From contig NZ_JAHVAB010000062.1 of NCBI RefSeq assembly GCF_019264445.1, positions 16,663 to 80,662 of the forward strand: a DNA stretch of 64,000 bases, written 5' to 3'. The position numbers were made by a program, and so were the translations under genes. Within the stretch, counting starts at the first letter, position 1; each line of letters opens with the position of its first letter. The stretch comes from Hydrogenophaga sp. Its GTDB lineage: Bacteria > Pseudomonadota > Gammaproteobacteria > Burkholderiales > Burkholderiaceae_C. The notes below the pieces were generated by a model, which ran no database searches, was not told the origin of the DNA, and saw only the letters and a list, made by a program, of their open reading frames with translations. This document shows positions 20,337 through 28,902 of this stretch, piece after piece.

Positions 20337-22105
20337 GACGTTTTGCCGCGCTTTTCGACGAGCTGGACGCGACCACGGCCACCAACGCGAAGGTGGCGGC
20401 GCTGCGCCGCTATCTGGCCGAGGTGGACGATGCCGACGCGGTCTGGGCCGTCTACTTTCTCGCGGGAGGCAAGCCGCGCCAGCTCATCAAGACGGCGCAG
20501 CTGCGCGCGCAGGCCATCGCCGAGTCGGGCCTGTCCGAGTGGCTGTTCGAAGCCAGCTACCAGGCTGTGGGCGACCTGGCTGAAACCATTTCACTGGTGC
20601 TGCCGCCGCCACAAACCGATGCCGGCATGAACACCCGGCTGAGCGCCTGGATGGAGGAGCGCTTGTTGCCCCTGCGCGGCCAGGGCGACGACGTGGTGGC
20701 GCAGGCCCTGGCCACCTGGTGGCGCGAACTCGACACCACCGGCCGCTTTCTGCTGGTCAAGCTGGTGGGAGGCGGCTTTCGGGTGGGGGTGAGCAAGTTG
20801 CTGGTGCAACGCGCGCTGGCGGCACACGCCGGGCTGGATGCCAAGCAGGTGGCCGCGCGCATGATGGGCTTCACCGACGGCAAGCGTGTGCCCACGCCCG
20901 CCGCCTTCCGCGCGCTGGTGGCGCCGCTCCCGTTGGCGGGTGAGGCGCATGGCGACCCCAGCCAGCCGTACCCCTTCTTTCTGGCCAGCCCACTGGAGGC
21001 GGGGGCGCCTGACGCGCCTGCCGCTCTGGGCCCCGCCAGCGACTGGATCGCCGAATGGAAGTTCGACGGGATCCGCGGCCAGATCGTCAAGCGCGCCGGG
21101 CAGGTGTGGGTGTGGTCGCGGGGCGAGGAGCTGATGAGCGAGCGCTTTCCCGAGTTGCAGGCCCTCGCACAGCGCTGGCCCGACGGCACCGTGGTCGATG
21201 GCGAGATCCTCGTCTGGCACGACGGGTCAGCGACCCCCAAGCTGCCCGGCAGCGATCGCCCCGGTGGTCCGGCGCCCTTCGCTGTGCTGCAGCAGCGCAT
21301 CGGTCGCAAGACGCTGGGCCCCAAGGTGCTGGCCGAGGCACCTGTGAGCTTCATGGCCTACGACCTGCTCGAGGCCGACCACGAGGACCTGCGCCAGTGC
21401 CCCCAGCACGAACGCCGAGCCAGGTTGCAAGCGCTCGCTGTGCTGCTCGACGCCACGCCCGGGCCGCGCCTGTGGCTCTCGCCGGTGCTCATGGCCGACG
21501 CCTGGGACACGCTGGCAGCGCAGCGATCGCAGGCGCGTGCGCTGGGCGTCGAAGGGTTGATGCTCAAGCACCGCCTGAGCACCTACGGGACCGGCCGCCA
21601 GAGGCGCGGCGATGGCACCGGCATGCTGGCCTGGTGGAAGTGGAAGATCGATCCCATGAGCATCGATGGCGTGCTCATCTACGCGCAGGCGGGTCACGGT
21701 CGGCGCGCGTCGGTCTACACCGACTACACCTTTGCGGTCTGGAACCGTGCCCCCGCAGATGCGGCCGAGGCGCAGGCGGTGGTTGAAGCCATTGCGCAAC
21801 GCCGCCCAGCCGAACCCGGTGCGTTGCAGCTGGTGGCGTTCACCAAGGCCTACTCGGGTCTGACCGACGAAGAGTTCAAGGCCGTGGATGCGGTGGTGCG
21901 CCGCCACACGCTGGAGAAGTTCGGCCCGGTGCGCAGCGTGCGACCCACCCTCGTGTTCGAGCTGGCGTTTGAAGGCATCGCGCGCAGCACACGGCACAAG
22001 AGCGGCGTCGCGCTGCGGTTTCCGCGCATCGCCCGCGTGCGGCACGACAAGCCACTGCACGAGGCCAGCACCCTGCAGGATCTGGAGCTGTTGCTGCGCG
22101 CTTGA
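20333..22105 (+). CDS. ATP-dependent DNA ligase
   Basis: Motif I EWKFDGIR, DGEIL, EGLMLK, WWKWK, C-terminal OB fold (LRFPRI). Confidence 0.92.
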   Translation: MRRFAALFDELDATTATNAKVAALRRYLAEVDDADAVWAVYFLAGGKPRQLIKTAQLRAQAIAESGLSEWLFEASYQAVGDLAETISLVLPPPQTDAGMNTRLSAWMEERLLPLRGQGDDVVAQALATWWRELDTTGRFLLVKLVGGGFRVGVSKLLVQRALAAHAGLDAKQVAARMMGFTDGKRVPTPAAFRALVAPLPLAGEAHGDPSQPYPFFLASPLEAGAPDAPAALGPASDWIAEWKFDGIRGQIVKRAGQVWVWSRGEELMSERFPELQALAQRWPDGTVVDGEILVWHDGSATPKLPGSDRPGGPAPFAVLQQRIGRKTLGPKVLAEAPVSFMAYDLLEADHEDLRQCPQHERRARLQALAVLLDATPGPRLWLSPVLMADAWDTLAAQRSQARALGVEGLMLKHRLSTYGTGRQRRGDGTGMLAWWKWKIDPMSIDGVLIYAQAGHGRRASVYTDYTFAVWNRAPADAAEAQAVVEAIAQRRPAEPGALQLVAFTKAYSGLTDEEFKAVDAVVRRHTLEKFGPVRSVRPTLVFELAFEGIARSTRHKSGVALRFPRIARVRHDKPLHEASTLQDLELLLRA

Positions 22106-22190
22106 GCCGATGCCCTGAAAGCCCCCATGCGTCAGGTCCCCCGGGGGTGCGGTGTTAGCATGCGCCACTCCGACGAAAACCGCATCCGAC

Positions 22191-22901
22191 ATGACTTCTG
22201 ACGCCTCCCCTGATGACGATCATGGCGTGCCCATGTCCGTCAAGATCCGCGAGCGTGTGAAGGCCGCCCGCCAGCGCTTTCACTCCAACGACAACATCTC
22301 CGAGTTCATCCGGCCAGGCGAGCTGGACCTGCTGCTCGACGAAGTGGCCGAGAAGATGCAGGGCGTGCTCGATGCCATGGTCATCGACACCCAGAACGAC
22401 CACAACACCGGCGACACCGCCCGCCGCGTGGCCAAGATGTACCTCAAGGAGGTGTTCAACGGCCGCTACGTGAAGGGCCCGAGCATCACCGAGTTTCCCA
22501 ATGCCGAGCACCTCAACGAGCTGATGATCGTCGGCCCGATCACGGTGCGCAGCGCCTGCAGCCACCACTTCTGCCCCGTCATCGGGCGCATCTGGATCGG
22601 CGTTATGCCCAACGAGCACACCAACGTGATCGGCCTGTCGAAGTACGCGCGTCTGGCCGAATGGATCATGGGCCGCCCCCAGATCCAGGAAGAAGCCGTG
22701 GTGCAGCTGGCCGACCTGATTCAGGAAAAAACGCAGCCCGATGGCCTGGCCCTCGTGATGGAGGCCAGCCACTACTGCATGTCCTGGCGTGGCGTGAAGG
22801 ACATGAACAGCAAGATGATCAACTCGGTCATGCGCGGCGTGTTCCTCAAGGACCCCAACCTGCGGCGTGAATTCCTCGCGCTCATCCCCCGTCAACCCTG
22901 A
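22191..22901 (+). CDS. folE: GTP cyclohydrolase I
   Basis: TARRVAKMY, RSACSHHF (Zn ligands), GLSKYAR, HYCMSWRG. Start could also be ATG 22233. Confidence 0.92.
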   Translation: MTSDASPDDDHGVPMSVKIRERVKAARQRFHSNDNISEFIRPGELDLLLDEVAEKMQGVLDAMVIDTQNDHNTGDTARRVAKMYLKEVFNGRYVKGPSITEFPNAEHLNELMIVGPITVRSACSHHFCPVIGRIWIGVMPNEHTNVIGLSKYARLAEWIMGRPQIQEEAVVQLADLIQEKTQPDGLALVMEASHYCMSWRGVKDMNSKMINSVMRGVFLKDPNLRREFLALIPRQP

Positions 22902-22909
22902 GGCTCAAC

Positions 22910-23335
22910 ATGCTCGTACGCCTGCTCTACGTCAGCCGCGCTGTTGAAAAGGACAGCGCCAAGGTCATCGAATCCATCCTGGAGGCCTCCCGCTCGCACA
23001 ACATGGGCAACGGCATCACCGGTGTGCTGTGCTATGGCGGCGGTGTCTTTCTGCAGGCCATCGAGGGTGGGCGCGGTGCCGTCAACACCCTCTACAACCA
23101 CATCGTGGCCGACGCGCGGCACACCGACGTGGTGCTGCTGCACTACGAGGAAATCACCGAGCGCCGCTTCGGTGGATGGACGATGGGCCAGGTCAACCTG
23201 TCCAAACTCAACACGTCCATCGTGCTGAAGTATTCCGAGCGCCCCGAATTCGATCCCTACGCGGTGTCGGGTCGGGTATCGCTGGCCTTGCTCGAAGAGC
23301 TCATGGCCACCGCCAGCATCATCGGCAGGGCCTGA
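22910..23335 (+). CDS. Stand-alone BLUF blue-light photoreceptor
   Basis: LLYVS (Tyr), HNMGNGITGVL, FLQAIEG (Gln), DARH, RRFGGWTM (Trp/Met). Confidence 0.92.
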   Translation: MLVRLLYVSRAVEKDSAKVIESILEASRSHNMGNGITGVLCYGGGVFLQAIEGGRGAVNTLYNHIVADARHTDVVLLHYEEITERRFGGWTMGQVNLSKLNTSIVLKYSERPEFDPYAVSGRVSLALLEELMATASIIGRA

Positions 23336-23417
23336 CGCTCTCCCACCTGCACCGCGCGATCGCCAAGCGCCTGGCGGTGCTCAGGCGAGCAGGCCGCCTG
23401 CCTTCTTCTGAACCTGC

Positions 23418-24299
23418 ATGTCGCTGACCGCGTTCTGTCTGATTGTGCTGGCCGGCCTGATCCATGCCTGCTGGAACATCGCGGCCAAAAAGGCAGCGGG
23501 CGATGCGCGCTTTGCCTTTTTCAGCGCCTTCCTCATGATGCTGATCTGGGCGCCGCTGGGCTGGTGGATCGGCCGCACGGAGGTCCCGGCGTGGGGCGTG
23601 ACGGAGTGGGCCTTCGTGGTCGCCAGTGGCGTGTTGCACGTTTTCTACTACGTGATCCTGCTGCGCGGCTACCGCAAAGCCGACCTGACCGTGGTGTATC
23701 CGATGGCACGGGGCTCCGGGCCTCTGCTCTCGTCGCTGGTGGCCATCGCGCTGCTGGGCGAACGCATTTCTGCCTTGGGGGCGCTGGGCATTGTGGGGGT
23801 GGTCGGCGGCGTGTTCCTCATTGCTGGCGGGCCCGGCCTGCTGCGCGCGACGCACGACCCGGCGGCACGGCAGCGCGTGCACAAAGGCATGTTCTATGGC
23901 GTGCTCACGGGTGTCTTCATCGCTTCGTACACGGTGGTCGATGGCTACGCCGTCAAGGTGCTGCTGATGTCACCCATTCTGGTGGACTACATGGGCAACT
24001 TCGTGCGTGTGGCGCTGCTCGCCCCCAGTGTGCTGCGCGACCTGCCCACCGCCGCGCAACTCTGGCGCTTGCAGTGGCGCTATGCGCTGCTGGTGGCCGC
24101 CGTGAGCCCTGTGGCCTATGTGCTCGTGCTGTATGCCATGCGCGAGGCGCCGCTGTCCCATGTGGCCCCGGCGCGCGAGGTGTCGATGCTGTTTGCCGCA
24201 CTCATCGGCGGACATCTGCTGGGCGAGGGCGATCGCGTGGCCCGCATCCTGGGGGCGCTGTGCATTGCAGCCGGCGTGACTGCGCTGGCTTTGGGATGA
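23418..24299 (+). CDS. EamA/DMT family transporter
   Basis: About 10 TM helices in two repeats; HACWN, YRKADLTVVYPMARG, PAREVSMLF. Confidence 0.88.
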   Translation: MSLTAFCLIVLAGLIHACWNIAAKKAAGDARFAFFSAFLMMLIWAPLGWWIGRTEVPAWGVTEWAFVVASGVLHVFYYVILLRGYRKADLTVVYPMARGSGPLLSSLVAIALLGERISALGALGIVGVVGGVFLIAGGPGLLRATHDPAARQRVHKGMFYGVLTGVFIASYTVVDGYAVKVLLMSPILVDYMGNFVRVALLAPSVLRDLPTAAQLWRLQWRYALLVAAVSPVAYVLVLYAMREAPLSHVAPAREVSMLFAALIGGHLLGEGDRVARILGALCIAAGVTALALG

Positions 24300-24300
24300 C

Positions 24301-25146
24301 ATGAGCGAAGCCACCTCCCGCAGCTTGCTGGGTTGCGACTTCTCCAGCGCACCCACCCGGCGCAAGCCCATCACGCTCGCGGTGGGCCGTGCCGACCGCG
24401 GCCGTGTGCTGATCGAGTCGGTGGAACGTTTCGAGACGCTGGATGCCTGGAGCCAGCGCTTGGCAGCACCGGGCTGCTGGGTGGGCGGGTTCGATCTGCC
24501 GTTTGGCCTGCCCCGCGAGCTCGTCACCGCGTTGGGCTGGCCCACGGCATGGGCCGAGTGCATGGCGCACTACGCGGGGCTGGAGCGCAGCGAGATTCGC
24601 GAGGCGTTCGCTGCCTTCTGCGATGCGCGCCCCGTCGGTGGCAAGTTCGCCCACCGCGCCACCGATGGGCCCGCCGGCTCCAGCCCGAGCATGAAGTGGG
24701 TCAACCCGCCGGTGGCGTTCATGTTGCATGCCGGTGTGCCGCGCCTGATGGCGGCGGGCGTCACCTTGCCCGGGCTGCTGGACGGCGACGGCACGCGCGT
24801 GGGCCTGGAGGCGTACCCGGGGCTGCTCGCGCGCAGCGTGCTGGGCTCGGCGTCTTACAAGAGCGACGACAAAGCCAAGCAGACGCCCGACCGCCTCATC
24901 GCGCGCAAGACCTTGATCAACGCGCTGGAAAACGGGCAGGTGCCGTTGTTGCAGGCAGCCGGGCTGCGCCTGAAGCTCACCAACACCCAGCGCGACGCGT
25001 TGGCCGACGATCCCAGTGGCGACAGCCTGGACGCGGTGCTCTGCCTGCTGCAGGCCGCCTGGGCCGAGCGGCAACACCTGGCAGGCCTGCCGCGCTGGGG
25101 CCTGCCTGAATTCGATCCCCTCGAAGGCTGGATCGTCACGGCCTGA
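24301..25146 (+). CDS. DUF429 family protein (predicted RNase H-like nuclease)
   Basis: LGCDFSSAP, GFDLPFGLP, LEAYPG, DSLDAVLC acidic motifs. Confidence 0.78.
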   Translation: MSEATSRSLLGCDFSSAPTRRKPITLAVGRADRGRVLIESVERFETLDAWSQRLAAPGCWVGGFDLPFGLPRELVTALGWPTAWAECMAHYAGLERSEIREAFAAFCDARPVGGKFAHRATDGPAGSSPSMKWVNPPVAFMLHAGVPRLMAAGVTLPGLLDGDGTRVGLEAYPGLLARSVLGSASYKSDDKAKQTPDRLIARKTLINALENGQVPLLQAAGLRLKLTNTQRDALADDPSGDSLDAVLCLLQAAWAERQHLAGLPRWGLPEFDPLEGWIVTA

Positions 25147-25189
25147 AAGGGCATGTGCCCAGGCGACAGCGGCCGACCGTGGCACTGCC

Positions 25190-25195
25190 TAGAAT
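25190..25195 (+). promoter_or_regulatory. -10-like hexamer upstream of the FMN riboswitch
   Basis: TAGAAT about 30 nt before the aptamer. Confidence 0.35.
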
Positions 25196-25223
25196 GTGGC
25201 GTGTCGGGCCTTGTGCCGGACAC

Positions 25224-25390
25224 AAGCGTTCTCAGGGCGGGGTGAAACTCCCCACCGGCGGTGATGGCGGCGTGGCAACGCGACCGCACAAGTGCCGCGA
25301 GCGCCCATGCGCCAGCAAGCCTGGCGCATGGGGTCAGCAGACCCGGTGAGACTCCGGGACCGACGGTCACAGTCCGGATGCAAGAGAGCG
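25224..25390 (+). ncRNA. FMN riboswitch (RFN element)
   Basis: Hallmark segments ctcagggcggggtgaaactccccaccggcggt, ccgcgagcg, gtcagcagacccggtgagactccgggaccgacggt, agtccggatgcaagagag. Lies upstream of a lumazine synthase gene. Confidence 0.95.
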
Positions 25391-25483
25391 CGAGCCATGT
25401 ACCACCGTGCGCCGGGATGCGTCGCGGTGGCGCGTGCGCTTGTGCGCCCTGATTTTTTGGCCCTCCCACTCCTTGAGGACACC

Positions 25484-26002
25484 ATGAATCAGACCGAGTC
25501 TTCCCACCACCTTCACCTGCCTGCGGGCCTGCGTTTCGCTTTTGTCGAGGCGTCCTGGCACGCCGACATCGTGCACCAGGCGCGCGATGCGTTCTTCGCT
25601 GAAATGGCACAAGGCGGCTTCAACGCCGATGCCATCGATGTGTTCGACGTACCGGGCGCGTTCGAGATTCCGCTGCACGCGCAGCGCCTGGCGCGCTCCG
25701 GCCGTTACGCCGCCATTGTGGGCAGTGCACTGGTGGTCGATGGCGGCATCTACCGCCACGACTTTGTTTCACAAACCGTCGTGCAGGCGCTCATGGACGT
25801 GCAACTCGACACCGGCGTGCCGATGATCTCGGCGGTGCTCACGCCGCACCACTTTCATGAGCACGCTGAACACCGCAAATACTTCTTGCGGCACTTTGCG
25901 GTCAAGGGAACCGAGGCCGCACAAGCCTGCCTGCAGACCGTGGCGGGGCTGCGCCGCCTGGACGCCTTGCTGAGCCCAAGCGCGGTGATGGCCGGCCGCT
26001 GA
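25484..26002 (+). CDS. ribH: 6,7-dimethyl-8-ribityllumazine synthase, type II (RibH2-like)
   Basis: [35 protein letters not shown]...HFAVKG resemble Brucella-type RibH2. GAGGA RBS. Confidence 0.9.
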   Translation: MNQTESSHHLHLPAGLRFAFVEASWHADIVHQARDAFFAEMAQGGFNADAIDVFDVPGAFEIPLHAQRLARSGRYAAIVGSALVVDGGIYRHDFVSQTVVQALMDVQLDTGVPMISAVLTPHHFHEHAEHRKYFLRHFAVKGTEAAQACLQTVAGLRRLDALLSPSAVMAGR

Positions 26003-26122
26003 TCACGGCGTGGGCCCGGCGGCGCAGCGCCACCGTGTGCTGCATTGGGGGTATCGACGCGTGCGCACTGGATCGGCAACATGTCCAGTCGTTGTCGATT
26101 CCGCCGAACCTTGGGCTCCGCC

Positions 26123-27217
26123 ATGACCTTGCCGCATCTTTTCAGTTCTGTCTGTGTCTTGTTGGCCGCAGGCCTGCTGGTGGCTGGTTGTGCCGCAGCG
26201 CGTGGGGGGCAGTCCGACCGCGTGATCTCGCCCCAACGGGGTGATGACGGTCGTTTTCAGAATCCACCCGACAGGCACGCCCGGCCTACCCAGAGCGCCT
26301 GGAAGATCTGGATGCGATTTGTGCTGGAGGCCAAGCCCGGTGCAGTGCCGCGCGATGCGATCCCGGTGCGCAGGATCGACCGGGCCACGCTCGACGCACT
26401 CGATCCCGCGGCCAACCACATCGTGCGGCTGGGCCACTCTTCGCATCTGCTCAAGCTGCGTGGCCGCTACTGGTTGATCGATCCGGTGTTCAGCGAACGG
26501 GCGTCAGCCGTCCAGTGGTTCGGTCCCCGGCGCTTTCATGCGCCACCGCTGTCGCTGGACGAGCTGCCGCCTATCGAAGGCTTGATCCTTTCTCACGACC
26601 ACTACGACCACCTGGACCGCGCCACCATTGAGCACTTGCGCGAGCGCGTGCAGCGCTTTTTCGTGCCATTGGGCGTGGGCGCCCGCCTCCAGCGCATGGG
26701 TGTCGATGCGGCGCGCATTGAGGAATTCGACTGGTGGCAAGGGGCGAGTCACGCGGGCGTGCAGCTCACGGCCACGCCAGCCCACCATTTCTCGGGGCGT
26801 ATGCCATGGGATCGCAACAGCACGCTGTGGGCGTCCTGGCTGATCCAGAGCGGCAGCGAACGCATCTTCTTCAGCGGCGATTCGGGCTACTTCGATGCAT
26901 TCAAGACCATCGGGCAGCGCTTTGGTGCCATCGACATCGCCTTGATGGAAAACGGCGCTTACGACAGCGACTGGCCATCGGCCCACATGTCCCCCGAAGA
27001 AACCGTGCGTGCCTTCAAAGACCTGGGCGCACGGCTGCTGTACCCGGTGCACAACAGCACGTTCGACCTTGCATTTCACCGCTGGCGCGCTCCCATGGAT
27101 CGCGTCGCCGACCGGGCAGAGCGAGAAGGCCTTGCGCTGGCCACACCGCAAGTGGGCGAGGTGCTGACGCTCGGGCGTTCACGGCAGAACGAACGCTGGT
27201 GGAAGGACCTGCACTGA
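26123..27217 (+). CDS. MBL-fold metallo-hydrolase (RomA / NAPE-PLD-like), probable lipoprotein
   Basis: Lipobox LVAGC, RLGHSS, IDPVFS, SHDHYDHLD, HHFSGR, FSGDSGY. Confidence 0.85.
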   Translation: MTLPHLFSSVCVLLAAGLLVAGCAAARGGQSDRVISPQRGDDGRFQNPPDRHARPTQSAWKIWMRFVLEAKPGAVPRDAIPVRRIDRATLDALDPAANHIVRLGHSSHLLKLRGRYWLIDPVFSERASAVQWFGPRRFHAPPLSLDELPPIEGLILSHDHYDHLDRATIEHLRERVQRFFVPLGVGARLQRMGVDAARIEEFDWWQGASHAGVQLTATPAHHFSGRMPWDRNSTLWASWLIQSGSERIFFSGDSGYFDAFKTIGQRFGAIDIALMENGAYDSDWPSAHMSPEETVRAFKDLGARLLYPVHNSTFDLAFHRWRAPMDRVADRAEREGLALATPQVGEVLTLGRSRQNERWWKDLH

Positions 27218-27319
27218 CGGGAGGCCAGCCCGCCTGCGCTTGGTGCATCATCGCGGTCTGCGCTGCGTCGCTGGCACTCGGGCCGTGCGGTGGAAGCGCA
27301 AACTCTGGAGGGAATTCCC

Positions 27320-27541
27320 ATGAACGCAGCCAAGCTGGTCGGTGTGGTTCTTATCGTGGCCGGCGTGCTCGGCTTGGTGTACGGCAGCTTCAGCTACACC
27401 AAGGACACCGAGGCCGTGAAGCTGGGGCCGCTGGAGTTGTCCGTGAAGCAAAAGGAAACCGTCAACGTGCCCGTCTGGGCTGGCGTTGGCGCCATCGTGG
27501 TGGGTGCTGCGCTGCTGTTGCTGGGCGGCAAGAAGGGTTGA
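27320..27541 (+). CDS. Small two-TM membrane protein
   Basis: GGAGG RBS; MNAAKLVGVVLIVAGVLGLVYGSFSYTKDT...VPVWAGVGAIVVG. Confidence 0.75.
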   Translation: MNAAKLVGVVLIVAGVLGLVYGSFSYTKDTEAVKLGPLELSVKQKETVNVPVWAGVGAIVVGAALLLLGGKKG

Positions 27542-28098
27542 TGCAGGCACGACGTGTTCGCCCGCATCCACTGACGGCCCTGCTGCTGGCCACCGCGCTG
27601 TGGGTGTCGGTATCACCCGGCCTCGCAGCGTCTGCGAAAGCAGCTGGCCACCCGCCTGAGCGCGAGGCGTATGCCGCGAAGGTCACGCGCGTGTTCGACG
27701 GCGACACCCTGTGGGTCAAGCCCCTGGAGGGTGGGCGCTATCGCAAGCTGCGCATCGACGGTATCGATGCCCCGGAGATCTGCCAGCGCGGCGGCGTGGC
27801 CTCGCGCGATGCGTTGGCCGCACGGGTATTGAACCAGGTGGTGGCGGTGGGCGTGCGCCAGCGAGATGACTACGGTCGGGGGTTGGCAAAGCTGACCCAT
27901 CAGGGCGACGATGTCGCGGCATGGATGGTGGGTCAGGGCCACGCTTGGTCGTATCGCTGGGGCCGGCGTCCAGGACCCTTCAAGGACGAAGAGGCGGGGG
28001 CGCGACGGGCGCGCAAAGGCTTGTTTGCCGACGGCTCGGTCGAGTTGCCGCGCGATTTCCGCAAGCGTCACGGGCCGTGCCCGATGCCTTTGCCCTGA
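27541..28098 (+). CDS. Thermonuclease (SNase) family protein with signal peptide
   Basis: VFDGDTL, RIDGIDAPE, DDYGR, GLFA. TGATG coupling to the upstream gene. Confidence 0.88.
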   Translation: MQARRVRPHPLTALLLATALWVSVSPGLAASAKAAGHPPEREAYAAKVTRVFDGDTLWVKPLEGGRYRKLRIDGIDAPEICQRGGVASRDALAARVLNQVVAVGVRQRDDYGRGLAKLTHQGDDVAAWMVGQGHAWSYRWGRRPGPFKDEEAGARRARKGLFADGSVELPRDFRKRHGPCPMPLP

Positions 28099-28107
28099 CG
28101 GGCCGAT

Positions 28108-28860
28108 TCAGTGTGCCTTGCCGCACACCGAGCAATGCGGGTTCTGCGGCAGTGAAACAGCAGTGAACGCGAGGTCCCGGCCATCGATCATGAGCAGCTT
28201 GCCCGTGATGCGCGAGCCCATGCCGCAGAGCAGCTTGAGCGCCTCGGCAGCTTGCATCGTGCCCACGATGCCCACGAGCGGCGCGAACACGCCCATGGTC
28301 GCGCACAGCACTTCTTCAACGCCCGAGTCGGGCGGGAACACGCAGGCGTAACACGGGTTGCCCGGGGTGCGGGCATCGAACACGCTGAGCTGGCCGTCCA
28401 TGCGAATGGCCGCGCCCGATACCAGTGGCTTTCGGTGCGTCACGCAGGCCTGGTTGATGGCGTGGCGTGTCGCGAAGTTGTCGGTGCAATCAAGCACCAC
28501 ATCGGCCTGCGCCACCAGGCTGTCCAGCAGCGCAGCGTCGGCTCGTTCGGTGACGGTGGTGACTTGCACATCCGGGTTGATGGCCGCGATGGCCTCGCGC
28601 GCGGATTCGGCCTTGAAGTGGCCCACACGGGCCAGGCTGTGCGCGATCTGCCGCTGCAGGTTCGTTTCGTCAACGGTGTCGTGGTCGACCAGCGTGATGT
28701 GTCCGACGCCTGCGCTGCCCAGGTAGAGCGCCACCGGAGAGCCCAAACCGCCAGCGCCGATCACGAGCGCATGCGATGCCAGCAAGGCTGCCTGGCCTTC
28801 AACGCCCAGTTCATCGAGCAGGATGTGGCGCGAGTAGCGCAGGAGCTGGGCGTCGTCCAA
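28108..28860 (-). CDS. moeB: HesA/MoeB/ThiF family adenylyltransferase
   Basis: LLRYSRHILL, GAGGLG, DETNLQRQ, DCTDNF, CYAC and CSVC Zn ligands. TTG start. Confidence 0.88.
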   Translation of the reverse strand: MDDAQLLRYSRHILLDELGVEGQAALLASHALVIGAGGLGSPVALYLGSAGVGHITLVDHDTVDETNLQRQIAHSLARVGHFKAESAREAIAAINPDVQVTTVTERADAALLDSLVAQADVVLDCTDNFATRHAINQACVTHRKPLVSGAAIRMDGQLSVFDARTPGNPCYACVFPPDSGVEEVLCATMGVFAPLVGIVGTMQAAEALKLLCGMGSRITGKLLMIDGRDLAFTAVSLPQNPHCSVCGKAH

Positions 28861-28902
28861 GGGGCGCGCGCTGCGGGGCTGTGCCCGCAGCGTTCCGTCA
28901 GA

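Noticed and set aside
17274-28098. Several nuclease-fold genes (EEP, exonuclease, DUF429, SNase) as an anti-phage defence island
   Set aside because: Each belongs to a common housekeeping or repair family, composition matches the rest of the window, and there are no mobility genes or recognisable defence-system partners.
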